Assembly: GCA_965228875.1 (NCBI GenBank)
Contig: OZ245843.1
Span: 2,214,616-2,278,615 of the forward strand
Direction of reading: 5' to 3'
Source: Thalassobaculaceae bacterium
Lineage (GTDB): Bacteria > Pseudomonadota > Alphaproteobacteria > Thalassobaculales > Thalassobaculaceae
Length of the DNA stretch: 64,000 nucleotides
Position 1 is the stretch's first letter, and the number at the start of each line of letters is the position of its first letter. Below are positions 1 through 9,813 of the stretch, one piece after another. The position numbers were made by a program, and so were the translations under genes. The notes beneath the pieces are model-generated. The model saw only the letters and a list, made by a program, of their open reading frames with translations. It was not told the DNA's origin and ran no database searches.

Positions 1-4
1 GACC

Positions 5-1480
5 ATGGGCGGACTGTCCGGCGGCGAGGCCCGGCGCGGCGCGCTGGCCCGGGCCCTGGTCTCGGAACCCGACGTCCTCCTGCTGGACGAGCCGACCAAC
101 CATCTCGACCTGCCAACCATCGAGTGGCTGGAGGACATGCTGGAGGGATTGGACGCCGGCCTGCTCATCATCAGCCACGACCGCGCCTTCCTGCGCCGCC
201 TCGCCAAGCGCACGCTGTGGCTCGAGCGCGGCCAGCTTCACAGGCTGAACGACGGAATCGACGCCTTCCCCGATTGGGCCGAGAAGCTGGTCGCCGACGA
301 GGAGGTCCAGGCACATAAGTTGAACCGACAGATCGCGGAGGAGACGCGCTGGCTGCGCGAGGGGCTGACAGCCCGGCGCAAGCGCAACATGGGCCGGGTG
401 CGCGGGCTGCTCGACCTGCGCCGGGAGCGGGCCGAACGGATCAAGCGCCCCGAGGGCATGAAGCTCGACGCCGGCGAAGCGAGCCGCAGCGGCAGCCTTG
501 TGATGGAGGCGATCGGGCTCTCCAAGAGCTTCACCGACGAGCGCGGCGTCGAAAAGACAGTCGCCGACCAGGTCTCCTTCACGGTGCGGCGCAAGGACCG
601 GATCGGCATCATCGGCCCGAACGGTGCCGGCAAGACAACGTTGCTGCGCATGCTGCTCGGACAGGAGACACCGGACTCGGGCCGGGTGAAGACCGGGTTC
701 GGGGTCGAAGCGATCTATTTCGATCAGAAACGCGAGCAGCTGAATCCGGCGGACACGCTGTGGTCCACGCTCTGCCCCGGCGGCGGCGACAGCGTCGAGG
801 TGCACGGTAAGAAGAAACACGTGGTGTCCTACCTCCGGGACTTCCTATTCGCCGACCGCCAGGCGACGGCCAAGGTATCGACCCTGTCGGGCGGCGAGCG
901 CAACCGGCTGCTGCTGGCGAAGCTGTTCGCCCAGAGCCACAACCTGATGATTCTCGACGAACCGACCAACGACCTGGACGTCGAGACCCTGGACCTGTTG
1001 CAGGAGGAGGTGTCGGATTACGATGGCACGGTCCTGCTGGTCAGCCACGACCGCGACTTCCTGGACCGCACGGTCACCTCGATCATCGCCGTCGAGGGCG
1101 AAGGCCGGATCCGCGAGTATGTCGGCGGCTATCAGGACTATCTCGCCGAACGAAGACGCACCGAACGCCCCGCCGAGCCGGTCGCCGCCAAGACCGCGAA
1201 GCCGAAACCGGCCGGCGAAAAGCCGCGCAGCCGGTCGACAAAGATGTCCTACAAGGACGGTCGCGAGCTGCAGCTTCTTCCCGGGCGGATTGCCGATCTC
1301 GAGGCCGAGATCTCGACGCTGGGCGACGCTCTGGCGGACGCCGACCTGTTCGCGCGCGATCCTAAAACCTTCGAGACCAAGAGCGCCCGCCTCGCCGCCG
1401 CCACCGAGGAACTCGCCGCCGCCGAGGACCGCTGGCTGGAACTGGAGGCGCTGAAGGAGGAACTGGAAGGGGCGGGGTAG
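5..1480 (+). CDS. uup: ABC-F family ATPase (Uup-like), 5'-truncated by window
   Basis: LSGGE...LLLDEPTNHLD, second cassette GPNGAGKTT/LSGGERNR/DEPTNDLD, C-terminal coiled coil ending RWLELE. Confidence 0.88.
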   Translation: MGGLSGGEARRGALARALVSEPDVLLLDEPTNHLDLPTIEWLEDMLEGLDAGLLIISHDRAFLRRLAKRTLWLERGQLHRLNDGIDAFPDWAEKLVADEEVQAHKLNRQIAEETRWLREGLTARRKRNMGRVRGLLDLRRERAERIKRPEGMKLDAGEASRSGSLVMEAIGLSKSFTDERGVEKTVADQVSFTVRRKDRIGIIGPNGAGKTTLLRMLLGQETPDSGRVKTGFGVEAIYFDQKREQLNPADTLWSTLCPGGGDSVEVHGKKKHVVSYLRDFLFADRQATAKVSTLSGGERNRLLLAKLFAQSHNLMILDEPTNDLDVETLDLLQEEVSDYDGTVLLVSHDRDFLDRTVTSIIAVEGEGRIREYVGGYQDYLAERRRTERPAEPVAAKTAKPKPAGEKPRSRSTKMSYKDGRELQLLPGRIADLEAEISTLGDALADADLFARDPKTFETKSARLAAATEELAAAEDRWLELEALKEELEGAG

Positions 1481-1500
1481 ACGCTAAGATCGCCGCGGCC

Positions 1501-1968
1501 TCAGTCTTCCTTGAACTCCCGGTGACAGGCCTTGCAGGTGTCCGTCAGGGCGGCGAAGGCGCGTTTCGCCTGACGCGTACCGAGACCGGCCGCCGCCGCC
1601 AGGGCCGATGCCCTAGCGCCCATTTCATCGGCCCCCGCCTGGAACTCGGCCCAGCGCCCCCAGATCTCCTCGCTGGCCTCGCTCGGGTCGTCGAGCGAGC
1701 CTTGCGGAAACAGGCGGGTGAGGTGTCCCCCAGCATAGGCTTCGATCCTTCCGGCTGCCGCCTCGACCACGGCCGGATCATAGGCAACCTCGCCCCTGAA
1801 CACGCGGCCCAGTCCCTTCATCTCACCGGCGAGCGTCTTCATCGACTCCATGCGCTTCTTGACCACGCCGGTCGCGCCATCATGGGCCAGCGCCGTCGGC
1901 GCACCGGCCGGATCCGCGGTCAGGGCGGCAGCCACAAGAACAGCCAAAGCGATCGGATGTCGGGACAT
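1501..1968 (-). CDS. Cytochrome c' / c556 (class II cytochrome c)
   Basis: Signal peptide after MSRHPIAL, C-terminal CKACH haem motif, GAGGAGG RBS upstream of ATG 1968. Confidence 0.85.
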   Translation of the reverse strand: MSRHPIALAVLVAAALTADPAGAPTALAHDGATGVVKKRMESMKTLAGEMKGLGRVFRGEVAYDPAVVEAAAGRIEAYAGGHLTRLFPQGSLDDPSEASEEIWGRWAEFQAGADEMGARASALAAAAGLGTRQAKRAFAALTDTCKACHREFKED

Positions 1969-2011
1969 CTGCGCCTCCTCGGTTTCGAGATAACGACAGT
2001 ATCGGGGAGCG

Positions 2012-2518
2012 CTATCCGCCGGCGGCCGCACGGGCATTGATCTTATCATGACGTGCCCGAATCGCCGGCGGCCAGGTGCTCTTGATGTAGGAGAGCACGG
2101 CGACGATCTCGCGATCGCTCAGACTGTCGGCGAAACCCGGCATGTCGGTCTCGTAGGCACGCCCCTCCATCAAGGCCGCCGGACCGTGCTTGGTCAGCAG
2201 AAAGAGCATGAAGTCCGGATGATGCCAGGTGTGCCCGCTGCGGTCATGCGGCGGCGCCGGCAGCCGGCCGTCGGCCTTGCGCTGGCGCCAGTTCGCCTCC
2301 CCCTCGAGCTTGGCGCCATGGCAACCAGCGCAAGCCTCGGCATAGATCTCGGCACCCCGGGCGACCACCCCCGGATCGTCGGGAGCCAGCCTCACCGCGC
2401 CCTCCCCGATCACGCTCTCCCCGACCGGGCCGTCTCGGCCGGCGACGACGACAACGCCGCCGGCGACCAGCGCAGCAACCAGAATCCCGATCAGAATCAC
2501 CGTCCGACGTACGGGCAT
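2012..2518 (-). CDS. Membrane-anchored class I cytochrome c
   Basis: N-terminal TM helix, CAGCHG, PAPPHDRSGHTWHH, distal MP ligand. Confidence 0.85.
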   Translation of the reverse strand: MPVRRTVILIGILVAALVAGGVVVVAGRDGPVGESVIGEGAVRLAPDDPGVVARGAEIYAEACAGCHGAKLEGEANWRQRKADGRLPAPPHDRSGHTWHHPDFMLFLLTKHGPAALMEGRAYETDMPGFADSLSDREIVAVLSYIKSTWPPAIRARHDKINARAAAGG

Positions 2519-2636
2519 GCCATCCGCTCCCTCTCGCATCGACCGCAATCTGCTCCTTCCAGTTGATGGAACGTCAAGCGCGACGGATTCCGGAGCCCGG
2601 CCCGTTAGCGGACGGACTGAAAACAACGAGGCTGTG

Positions 2637-2837
2637 ATGCTCTCGACCTCTTCGCTTTCCGCCTTCCTCGCCGTCTTGCTGTTGGCGTCCCAGGGCCACG
2701 GGGACGGGCCGACGCTCGTTGGGCGCTCCGCCCTGGTACCCGCGACCGGGTTGTCCGAACCCGCACCGCGACCGGATTGCGTCATGCCGAACCTGAAGGG
2801 ACGGGCCGCCCGCCGGGCCACGCAGGCCCAGCACTGA
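2637..2837 (+). CDS. Small putative exported hypothetical protein
   Basis: GAGG RBS, hydrophobic signal-like N-terminus (AFLAVLLLASQG). Confidence 0.3.
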   Translation: MLSTSSLSAFLAVLLLASQGHGDGPTLVGRSALVPATGLSEPAPRPDCVMPNLKGRAARRATQAQH

Positions 2838-2921
2838 TCCCCTTCCCTCACGGCGCTGGACGCCGGCAGCCGCAGGTCGTATCTCTCGCCGCATGACCCT
2901 TCATGCTGCAGTGCAAAATCC

Positions 2922-3797
2922 GTGAGGCCGATCGACATTCTGGCCGCGGTGGCCGTGAACCTGGCCTGGGGCCTGAATTTCGCGATCACCAAACTCGGAC
3001 TCGGCGAGATGCCGCCGATGCTGCTGGTGGCGCTGCGCTATGCCCTGACGGCCCTGCTGCTCGCGCCCTGGCTGAAATGGCCGCGCGGGCAGTTCGTCCA
3101 GGTCGCGGCGATCTCGTTCACCCTCGGCTTCCTGCACTTCGCGCTGATGTTCACCGGGCTCAGCGGCATCGACGCGTCGGTGGCGGCGATCGCAGTCCAG
3201 ATCCAGGTTCCGTTCTCCGCCCTGCTCGCCTTCCTCGTGTTCCGCGACGCGCTCGGCTGGCGCAAGGCGTTTGGCGGCGCGCTCGCCATCGGCGGCATCG
3301 TCCTGATCGCCGGCGCCCCACAGGAGGCGCCGGACCCGTTCTACCTGTCGCTGACCATCATGGCGGCGCTGATGTGGGCGGTGTCCGCCATTCAGGTGAA
3401 GCGGCTCGGGCAGATCGATACCCTGACGCTGAACGCCTGGATCGCGCTGCTGGCCACGCCGCAACTGCTTCTCGGTTCGGCCCTGATCGAGAGCGATCGC
3501 TGGGGCGAGGTCGCGGAGGCCGGATGGCTCGGCTGGGGCTCGGTCGTCTACATGGCGGTGGCGGTGACGGTGTTCGGCTATGGCCTGTGGTACCGTCTGC
3601 TCCAGCGCTACCCCGTGACGACGATCATGCCGCTCTCGCTGCTCGCCCCGACCTTCGGCGTGGCCGCCGGGATCTTCATCCTCGGCGAGCCCGCGACCTT
3701 GGAGAAGTTCATCGGCGGCGCGCTGACACTGACCGGTGTGGCCATCGTCATCCTCACCCCGCCGGCGAAGCGGAAGGACGAGGCTGTGGAGTCATGA
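2922..3797 (+). CDS. EamA/DMT family transporter
   Basis: About 10 TM helices, WGLNF N-terminal motif, two EamA repeats, ILGE motif. Confidence 0.9.
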   Translation: MRPIDILAAVAVNLAWGLNFAITKLGLGEMPPMLLVALRYALTALLLAPWLKWPRGQFVQVAAISFTLGFLHFALMFTGLSGIDASVAAIAVQIQVPFSALLAFLVFRDALGWRKAFGGALAIGGIVLIAGAPQEAPDPFYLSLTIMAALMWAVSAIQVKRLGQIDTLTLNAWIALLATPQLLLGSALIESDRWGEVAEAGWLGWGSVVYMAVAVTVFGYGLWYRLLQRYPVTTIMPLSLLAPTFGVAAGIFILGEPATLEKFIGGALTLTGVAIVILTPPAKRKDEAVES

Positions 3798-4501
3798 TCG
3801 ACAGGCCCTCACCGAACCACGGGGAACGGCGGGGGCCGGTCGACATGCTGCTGCTGCACTACACGGACATGGTGCGGGCGGACGACGCGGTCGCCCTGCT
3901 CCGCGACCCGGCGGCGCAGGTCAGCGCCCACTACGTCGTCGCCGAGGACGGCCGGGTCTGGCGTCTGGTCGACGAGGACCGGCGGGCCTGGCATGCCGGC
4001 GTCGCCTGGTGGGCGGGGGAAAGCGACATCAACTCCCGCTCGATCGGAATCGAGATCTCCAATCCGGGGCACAGCCACGGGTACAGGCCCTTCCCCGAGC
4101 CGCAGATGCTGGCGGTGATGGCGCTGTGCCGCGACATCCTCGCGCGTCATCGCATTCCGCCGCATCGGGTTCTCGGCCACAGCGACGTCGCCCCCGGCCG
4201 CAAGATCGACCCCGGTCACCTGTTCGACTGGCGCGGACTCGCGCGGTCGGGAATCGGGATCTTTCCTGAGACCCTGTCGCCGTCGACGCTGCACGAGGCG
4301 GAGGCGACCGCCGCCCTCGCCCGGATCGGCTATCGTGTCGGCGCCCCGACCTTCGCCGATCCGCACAGCCGGATGGCCCTGGATGGCTTCCGACGGCACT
4401 GGGAACCGCTGGCGCTCGGCCAGCCATACGATCCGCGCGGAGCGGCCATGCTGCAGCGCGTGGCGGAAATGTGCCCGGGGGCCGAAAAACCGGTTGCATA
4501 G
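3794..4501 (+). CDS. N-acetylmuramoyl-L-alanine amidase (Amidase_2, AmpD/AmiD-like)
   Basis: LHYT, SAHY, RAWHAG, NSRSIGIE, GHSDVAPGRKIDPG; ATGA overlap with upstream stop. Confidence 0.92.
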   Translation: MIDRPSPNHGERRGPVDMLLLHYTDMVRADDAVALLRDPAAQVSAHYVVAEDGRVWRLVDEDRRAWHAGVAWWAGESDINSRSIGIEISNPGHSHGYRPFPEPQMLAVMALCRDILARHRIPPHRVLGHSDVAPGRKIDPGHLFDWRGLARSGIGIFPETLSPSTLHEAEATAALARIGYRVGAPTFADPHSRMALDGFRRHWEPLALGQPYDPRGAAMLQRVAEMCPGAEKPVA

Positions 4502-4651
4502 CCCCCCATCCGTCCATACGTTCCGCGCACCGACGCAAACGCACGTGCCCCTGGCCCCACAGCGGTTAAGCAACGACGAGAGGCGTCTCTTTTCACAATC
4601 CCGTCCCTTGGGTTTGTCTTCCCGGGGCGGTTGCGAAGGGGGAACCCCACG

Positions 4652-5929
4652 ATGCTGCAACCCGAAGCGGGCGCGCGCGCCCGTCTCCGTTCTTCTTCCG
4701 ACACCTCAGCCCGCCAACCGATGGCGATCCCGGCCTCCAAGCCGCTGCTGAGTCTCGTGCCGGCGGCGACCCCGCCGCGCGGCGAGGTCACCGACGCCAT
4801 CCGCGCCTATTTCGCCGCCAACGACCACGAGCATCCGGTGCTCGCCGTCGACCTGTCGGTGGTGGAGTGGAACTACCGCGCCCTGGCCCGCGCCCTGCCG
4901 GAGACCGCGATCTACTACGCCGTGAAGGCCAACCCGGCCGACGGCGTGATCGACCGGCTGGCGGCGCTCGGCTGTCGCTTCGACGTCGCCAGTCGCGGCG
5001 AGATCGAGCTGTGCCTGTCGCGCGGCATCGATGCCTCGCGCCTGTCTTTCGGCAACACCATCAAGAAGGAGCGCGACATCGCCTTCGCGCATTCGGTCGG
5101 CGTGCCGCTGTTCGCCTTCGACGCGCAGGAGGAGCTTGAGAAGATCGCCCGCAGCGCTCCCGGCGCCGAGGTGTTCTGCCGGATCCTGACCTCCGGCGAG
5201 GGCGCCGACTGGCCGCTGTCGCGCAAGTTTGGCTGCACTCCCGCGATGGCCGCGACCCTGCTGCGCCGGGCGTGCGACCTCGGTCTCACCCCGCGGGGCG
5301 TGTCCTTCCACGTCGGATCGCAGCAGAGCGACCTGGCCCAGTGGGACGCCGCGCTGGCGGAGACCGCCGCCCTGTTCGCCGCGCTGGCCGAGGACGGGAT
5401 CGACCTCGATCTGGTCAACCTCGGCGGCGGCTTCCCGGCCCGCTACCGCGACGACGTTGCCGAGGCCGAGGCCTACGGCACCGCGATCATGGCGGCCCTC
5501 GACCGGCACTTCGCCGGCCTTCCGATCACCACGATCGCCGAGCCCGGACGGGGTCTGGTCGGCGATGCCGGCGTGATCCGGTCGGAAGTCGTCCTGGTGT
5601 CGCGCAAGGATGCCGGCGAAGACGAGCGCTGGGTCTTCCTCGATATCGGCACGTTCTCCGGACTGGCCGAGACGATGGACGAGGCGATCAAGTACCGGCT
5701 GACGACCGAGCGCGACGGCGAGGCTCTGGACGGCGAGAGCGGTCCGGTGATCCTGGCCGGCCCGAGCTGCGACAGCGCCGACATCCTCTACGAGAAAGCC
5801 GGCTACCGTCTGCCTCTGGACCTGTGCGCCGGCGACGCGGTGCTGATCCTGGCGACCGGGGCCTACACCTCGACCTATTCCTCGGTCGGCTTCAACGGTT
5901 TCCCGCCGCTGGAGACCGTCTGCGTCTGA
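4652..5929 (+). CDS. Ornithine/lysine decarboxylase (fold-type III PLP enzyme)
   Basis: YAVKAN PLP lysine, FDVAS, KFG, SFHVGSQ, NLGGG, EPGR, GPSCDSAD, GAYT; start could be 4721. Confidence 0.92.
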   Translation: MLQPEAGARARLRSSSDTSARQPMAIPASKPLLSLVPAATPPRGEVTDAIRAYFAANDHEHPVLAVDLSVVEWNYRALARALPETAIYYAVKANPADGVIDRLAALGCRFDVASRGEIELCLSRGIDASRLSFGNTIKKERDIAFAHSVGVPLFAFDAQEELEKIARSAPGAEVFCRILTSGEGADWPLSRKFGCTPAMAATLLRRACDLGLTPRGVSFHVGSQQSDLAQWDAALAETAALFAALAEDGIDLDLVNLGGGFPARYRDDVAEAEAYGTAIMAALDRHFAGLPITTIAEPGRGLVGDAGVIRSEVVLVSRKDAGEDERWVFLDIGTFSGLAETMDEAIKYRLTTERDGEALDGESGPVILAGPSCDSADILYEKAGYRLPLDLCAGDAVLILATGAYTSTYSSVGFNGFPPLETVCV

Positions 5930-5954
5930 CCGGTTCGTCCGGACACGAGACCCG

Positions 5955-5980
5955 GCGCCGGAACCTCGGGGTTCCGGCGC
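5955..5980. terminator. GC-rich hairpin between convergent genes
   Basis: GCGCCGGAACC-TCGG-GGTTCCGGCGC, perfect 11-bp stem; no clear U tract. Confidence 0.45.
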
Positions 5981-6125
5981 ACCGTCTCCCGCTCGGCTTA
6001 TCCTGCGTCGAGGATGTCCGTCGCCCGATGACCATCCTGCACCCCGTCGACGGGCCACTGGGCCTCGGCAGAGGAAGGCCCGGACCGCAGGCGCAGTCCG
6101 GGTTTCGCTCTCGCTGGAGGACGGA

Positions 6126-6593
6126 TCAGGCGCTTTGGTCGATCACCGAGCCGGGCAGCGCGATGCCCGCTTCCTGGAGCTTCTGCTGGATCTCGTTCAG
6201 ATCCTCCTCGCTCAGGCTCTCCAGGTCATAGTCCTCGAAGATCGACGCGATCGTCTTCAGCGTCTCGTCCGAGTCCTCGTCGCCCGTACCCGGCGGCGGC
6301 CCCTGACGCGGACCGCCGGCCCCACCAGGCCCGCCCGGCGGCGGACCGTCGGGACGGAACGCCTCGGCATCGAAACCGGCTTCCTCGATCGCGGACTTCA
6401 ATTCCGGCGAGGGACGGACACCCGCCTCGCGGAACTGCTCGCGGATCGATGCGACGTCCTCTTCGGAGAGTGTCTCCGCGTCGTACTGCGAAAGGATGTC
6501 GCTGACCGCGCTCTTCTGCTCGTCGCTGAGTTTCGCCTGGCCGAAGCCCTGCGGCGGGAACTGGACGGAGATACCTGCACTGATCGTGTTCAT
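6126..6593 (-). CDS. Acidic hypothetical protein with Gly/Pro linker and internal duplication
   Basis: AAGGAGG RBS; two similar helical units (ILSQYDAETLSEED / IFEDYDLESLSEED); divergent from response regulator. Confidence 0.7.
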   Translation of the reverse strand: MNTISAGISVQFPPQGFGQAKLSDEQKSAVSDILSQYDAETLSEEDVASIREQFREAGVRPSPELKSAIEEAGFDAEAFRPDGPPPGGPGGAGGPRQGPPPGTGDEDSDETLKTIASIFEDYDLESLSEEDLNEIQQKLQEAGIALPGSVIDQSA

Positions 6594-6741
6594 GTCGAAC
6601 GCCTCCTTGGCTGGGTCGCAGCGTGCCGAATGCCGTTCTAGCGCCCGTCTCATGCCCTCACCGGTCGGGCTGGGGTTCTCCCCGGGTGGCGTTCGGCAGG
6701 GGGACCCTAGCGGGGTCGGCGTAAACGAGGGTTCGGATCGG

Positions 6742-6756
6742 GTTAAGAATTGTAAA
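6742..6756. promoter_or_regulatory. Putative CpxR/OmpR-type binding site
   Basis: GTTAA-N5-GTAAA, plus another GTAAA at 6721, in the divergent intergenic region. Confidence 0.4.
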
Positions 6757-6836
6757 TCCACCGCCGGATCGATGACCGTGCGATCCGGCGTCGGTAGTAT
6801 GCGGGCGTGTTCATCGATCGGGCCGACGGGTTGCGC

Positions 6837-7541
6837 ATGGCGAGTGTTCTGCTGGTCGACGACGACCGGGATTTCTGCGAATTGCTGTCCACCTACCTCG
6901 TCACCCAGGGACTGAGCGTCGATGTCGTGCATGACGGCGGTGCCGCGCTCGATCGCCTGAAACGCGCCGACCGACCGCGGGCGGTCTGTCTCGACTTCAT
7001 GATGGCGCCGCCGAACGGGCTCGAGGTTCTGCGTCGCCTGCGGGCCGGCAACGACTGGATCCCCGTGCTCATCCTGACCGCCAACACCGACGAGACCGAT
7101 CGCATCGTCGGCCTGGAGGTCGGTGCCGACGACTACGTCAACAAGACCAGTAGCCCGCGAGAACTCGCCGCCCGACTGAAGGCGCTGATCCGCCGCGCCG
7201 ATCCGGAGCTAACCGAGGGCGTGGCGGACCAGGACAGGCCGATCGAGATCGACGGTCTCTCCCTGATACCGAGCGAGCGGCGCGTCGATCTCGGAGGGGA
7301 GAGCCTGTCCCTGACCGCAACCGAATTCTCGGTCCTGCACTACCTGATGCGCCATGCGGGCGCGGTGATCTCCAAGGACGACCTGAGCAGCAACGTGCTG
7401 GGCCGCCGGCTCACCCCCTACGACCGGGCGCTGGACGTGCACATCAGCCACATCCGCAAGAAGCTCTCCGTCTCCGAAGTCTGGCGCAACCGCATCCAGG
7501 CGGTCCGCGGCGTCGGCTATCAGTTGCTCGCGGTTCGGTGA
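6837..7541 (+). CDS. OmpR-family response regulator (CpxR-like)
   Basis: LLVDDD receiver, GLEVGADDY, winged helix DRALDVHISHIRKKL...VRGVGY. Confidence 0.92.
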   Translation: MASVLLVDDDRDFCELLSTYLVTQGLSVDVVHDGGAALDRLKRADRPRAVCLDFMMAPPNGLEVLRRLRAGNDWIPVLILTANTDETDRIVGLEVGADDYVNKTSSPRELAARLKALIRRADPELTEGVADQDRPIEIDGLSLIPSERRVDLGGESLSLTATEFSVLHYLMRHAGAVISKDDLSSNVLGRRLTPYDRALDVHISHIRKKLSVSEVWRNRIQAVRGVGYQLLAVR

Positions 7542-8923
7542 GCCGCGTGACGCTGCCCTTCCGCTCGCTCGGTCTGTACTGGCGCATCTTCCTGATGCTG
7601 CTGGTGGCACAGATCGCCATCGCCGGCGGTGCGGTCGGCCTGACCATGGTGATGCAGCGTGCCGCCGGCGGCCCGTCCGCCGACTGGTCTGCTCTGGCGG
7701 CCGAGGCGGCCGAAGCCTACCGCGACGACGGCGTCGCCGGGTTCAACGCCTGGAGGCAGGAACAGTACCGCGAGGGCCTTGTGACCTTCCTGGTCGACGG
7801 TGACGGGTCCACGGTCGACGACGCGCCGATGCCGCCTCCGCTCCGGCACTGGGTGCGGATGACCGACGGCGACCGGTTCTCCCGCCGGGATGGCCCGCCG
7901 GGCCGCGGCGATACGGTCCAGATGCCGACGCCGGCGGAGATCCTGCCGGGTCACCGTCTCGTCGCCTTCGCCGAGCCGCCCGGTCGTGGCTCCGGGCCAC
8001 GGCTTGGCCTCGTGCTCGCCGCCACCGCCGCGGCTGCGGTCCTGCTGATCGCCGTGGTGACCCTGTTCCTCACCCGCTCGCTGGTGCGCCCGATCACCGA
8101 TCTGCGCCAGGTAACCAACAGCGTGGCCGCCGGCGAGTTCTCCAAACGGGTCGGGGTTGGCGCCCTGTCGCGCAGGGACGAGATCGGGGCGCTGGCCGCC
8201 GATTTCGATTCCATGGCTGAGCGTATCCAGCGTCAGTTCGAGGCCCAGCGCCAGCTCCTGCGCGACGTGTCCCACGAACTGAAATCCCCCCTCGCTCGGC
8301 TCAAGCTGGCGATCGAGCTGTCGCGCGACGAGGCCGGGGTTCAGGCGGACGGCCGCTGGCTGCAACGCCTGGAGAAGGAGGCTCAGGCGCTGGAGACCAT
8401 GCTGGACCGCATCCTCGACCTCGCCCGCGCCGAGGCCGGCCTGCCCGATCAGCGGCGGGGCGCGGTCGACCTGGAGGCGCTGATCGCCTCTCTCGTGGAG
8501 GATGCCGGGTTCGAGGCGCGGCAGAAGGCCATGACCGTGCGCTTCGATCCGCGCGGTCCGGCCCGGGTGCTCGGCAGTCAGTCGCTGCTGACCAGCGCCC
8601 TGGAGAACGTGATCCGCAACGCCATCCTCTACGGCGAAGACGGAACCGCCATCGACGTCGCCCTGACCGTCGCCAGGGGCCAGGCCGTCGTGACCGTCGC
8701 CAACCGCGGCGCGAAGCTGCGTTCCGCCGATCTGACGCGGATATTCGACCCGTTCTACCGGGTGCCCGCGGAGCGCAACGGCGCGCCCGACGGCCAGGGT
8801 ATCGGCCTGACCATCACCCAGAAGGTCATGCTCGCCCATGACGGCGGGGTGACCGCCGAGAACCGCCCCGAGGGCGGGCTGATCGTGCGCATGACCCTGC
8901 CGCTCGCCCCGGCGGCGCCCTGA
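7538..8923 (+). CDS. Sensor histidine kinase (CpxA-like)
   Basis: Two TMs, HAMP (DEIGALAADF), DVSHELKSPL H-box, ENVIRNA N-box, FDPFYR, GIGL. Confidence 0.92.
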   Translation: MSRVTLPFRSLGLYWRIFLMLLVAQIAIAGGAVGLTMVMQRAAGGPSADWSALAAEAAEAYRDDGVAGFNAWRQEQYREGLVTFLVDGDGSTVDDAPMPPPLRHWVRMTDGDRFSRRDGPPGRGDTVQMPTPAEILPGHRLVAFAEPPGRGSGPRLGLVLAATAAAAVLLIAVVTLFLTRSLVRPITDLRQVTNSVAAGEFSKRVGVGALSRRDEIGALAADFDSMAERIQRQFEAQRQLLRDVSHELKSPLARLKLAIELSRDEAGVQADGRWLQRLEKEAQALETMLDRILDLARAEAGLPDQRRGAVDLEALIASLVEDAGFEARQKAMTVRFDPRGPARVLGSQSLLTSALENVIRNAILYGEDGTAIDVALTVARGQAVVTVANRGAKLRSADLTRIFDPFYRVPAERNGAPDGQGIGLTITQKVMLAHDGGVTAENRPEGGLIVRMTLPLAPAAP

Positions 8924-8981
8924 GCCCGGTCATTGCCCGGCGCAGTCCGGCGCAGCCCGGTGCCGTCCGGCGCGGCCGCCC

Positions 8982-9010
8982 TTGACGCCATCGGCCGGCG
9001 GGCTTACCTG
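8982..9010 (+). promoter_or_regulatory. Putative sigma70 promoter of rnpB
   Basis: TTGACG-N17-TACCTG ending 7 nt before the RNA 5' end. Confidence 0.55.
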
Positions 9011-9017
9011 TCGCGCC

Positions 9018-9422
<405 letters not shown>

Positions 9423-9496
9423 CTTTACCCGGCTCCCTCCAGGTGCTCCGGAACCGCAAGCGCTCCGGGATGGCATGGGACGCGAGGCTGTTCCTG

Positions 9497-9511
9497 GAAC
9501 AAATCATGAAC
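9497..9511. promoter_or_regulatory. Putative alphaproteobacterial LexA box
   Basis: GAAC-AAATCAT-GAAC, matching GAAC-N7-GAAC with an AT-rich spacer. Confidence 0.55.
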
Positions 9512-9566
9512 AATATACGTCGACCGTCCATTTGGCGGGCGGAGCGGCTGTCTTTTCTCGCCCTAC

Positions 9567-9571
9567 GGTTC
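9567..9571 (+). repeat. Left 5-bp target-site duplication GGTTC
   Basis: Identical GGTTC at 49816-49820 directly after terminal CA. Confidence 0.9.
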
Positions 9572-9765
9572 TGACAGGGGACACTAGAACCTGCGGAACC
9601 GGGAAATACCGGGAACCACCGGGAAATAGTGGGACGGCGTTGTAATCATTGACGAAAAACGGGGCGCCGCTCAAATCGGCGAAAATTTTTTTGGTCACTT
9701 GGATCTGCACTCTCCCCGCCCGCGCGGCGAAAACGGTCACTTGAACCTGCGGAACTGGGAAGTGC
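9572..9765 (+). repeat. attL: transposase-binding repeats (L1-L3-like)
   Basis: GACACTAGAACCTGCG (~9580), GTCACTTGGATCTGCACT (9694-9711), GTCACTTGAACCTGCGGAACTGGGAA (~9736); inverted copies at the right end. Confidence 0.85.
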
Positions 9766-9800
9766 GCGAAGGCTCTTTAAACGGCCCGTCAAGAAGACCC

Positions 9801-9813
9801 TAACCCGTTGATA
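9801..9813. promoter_or_regulatory. IHF consensus site near phage left end
   Basis: TAACCCGTTGATA matches YAANNNNTTGATW. Confidence 0.6.

Noticed and set aside
2903..4501. 532-aa ORF suggesting an extended amidase
   Set aside because: The N-terminal part is an alternate frame over the EamA gene; the real start is ATG 3794
9694..9711. Perfect 18-bp inverted repeat as the element's left boundary
   Set aside because: No TG terminus or target duplication there; the boundary with TG and GGTTC is at 9572
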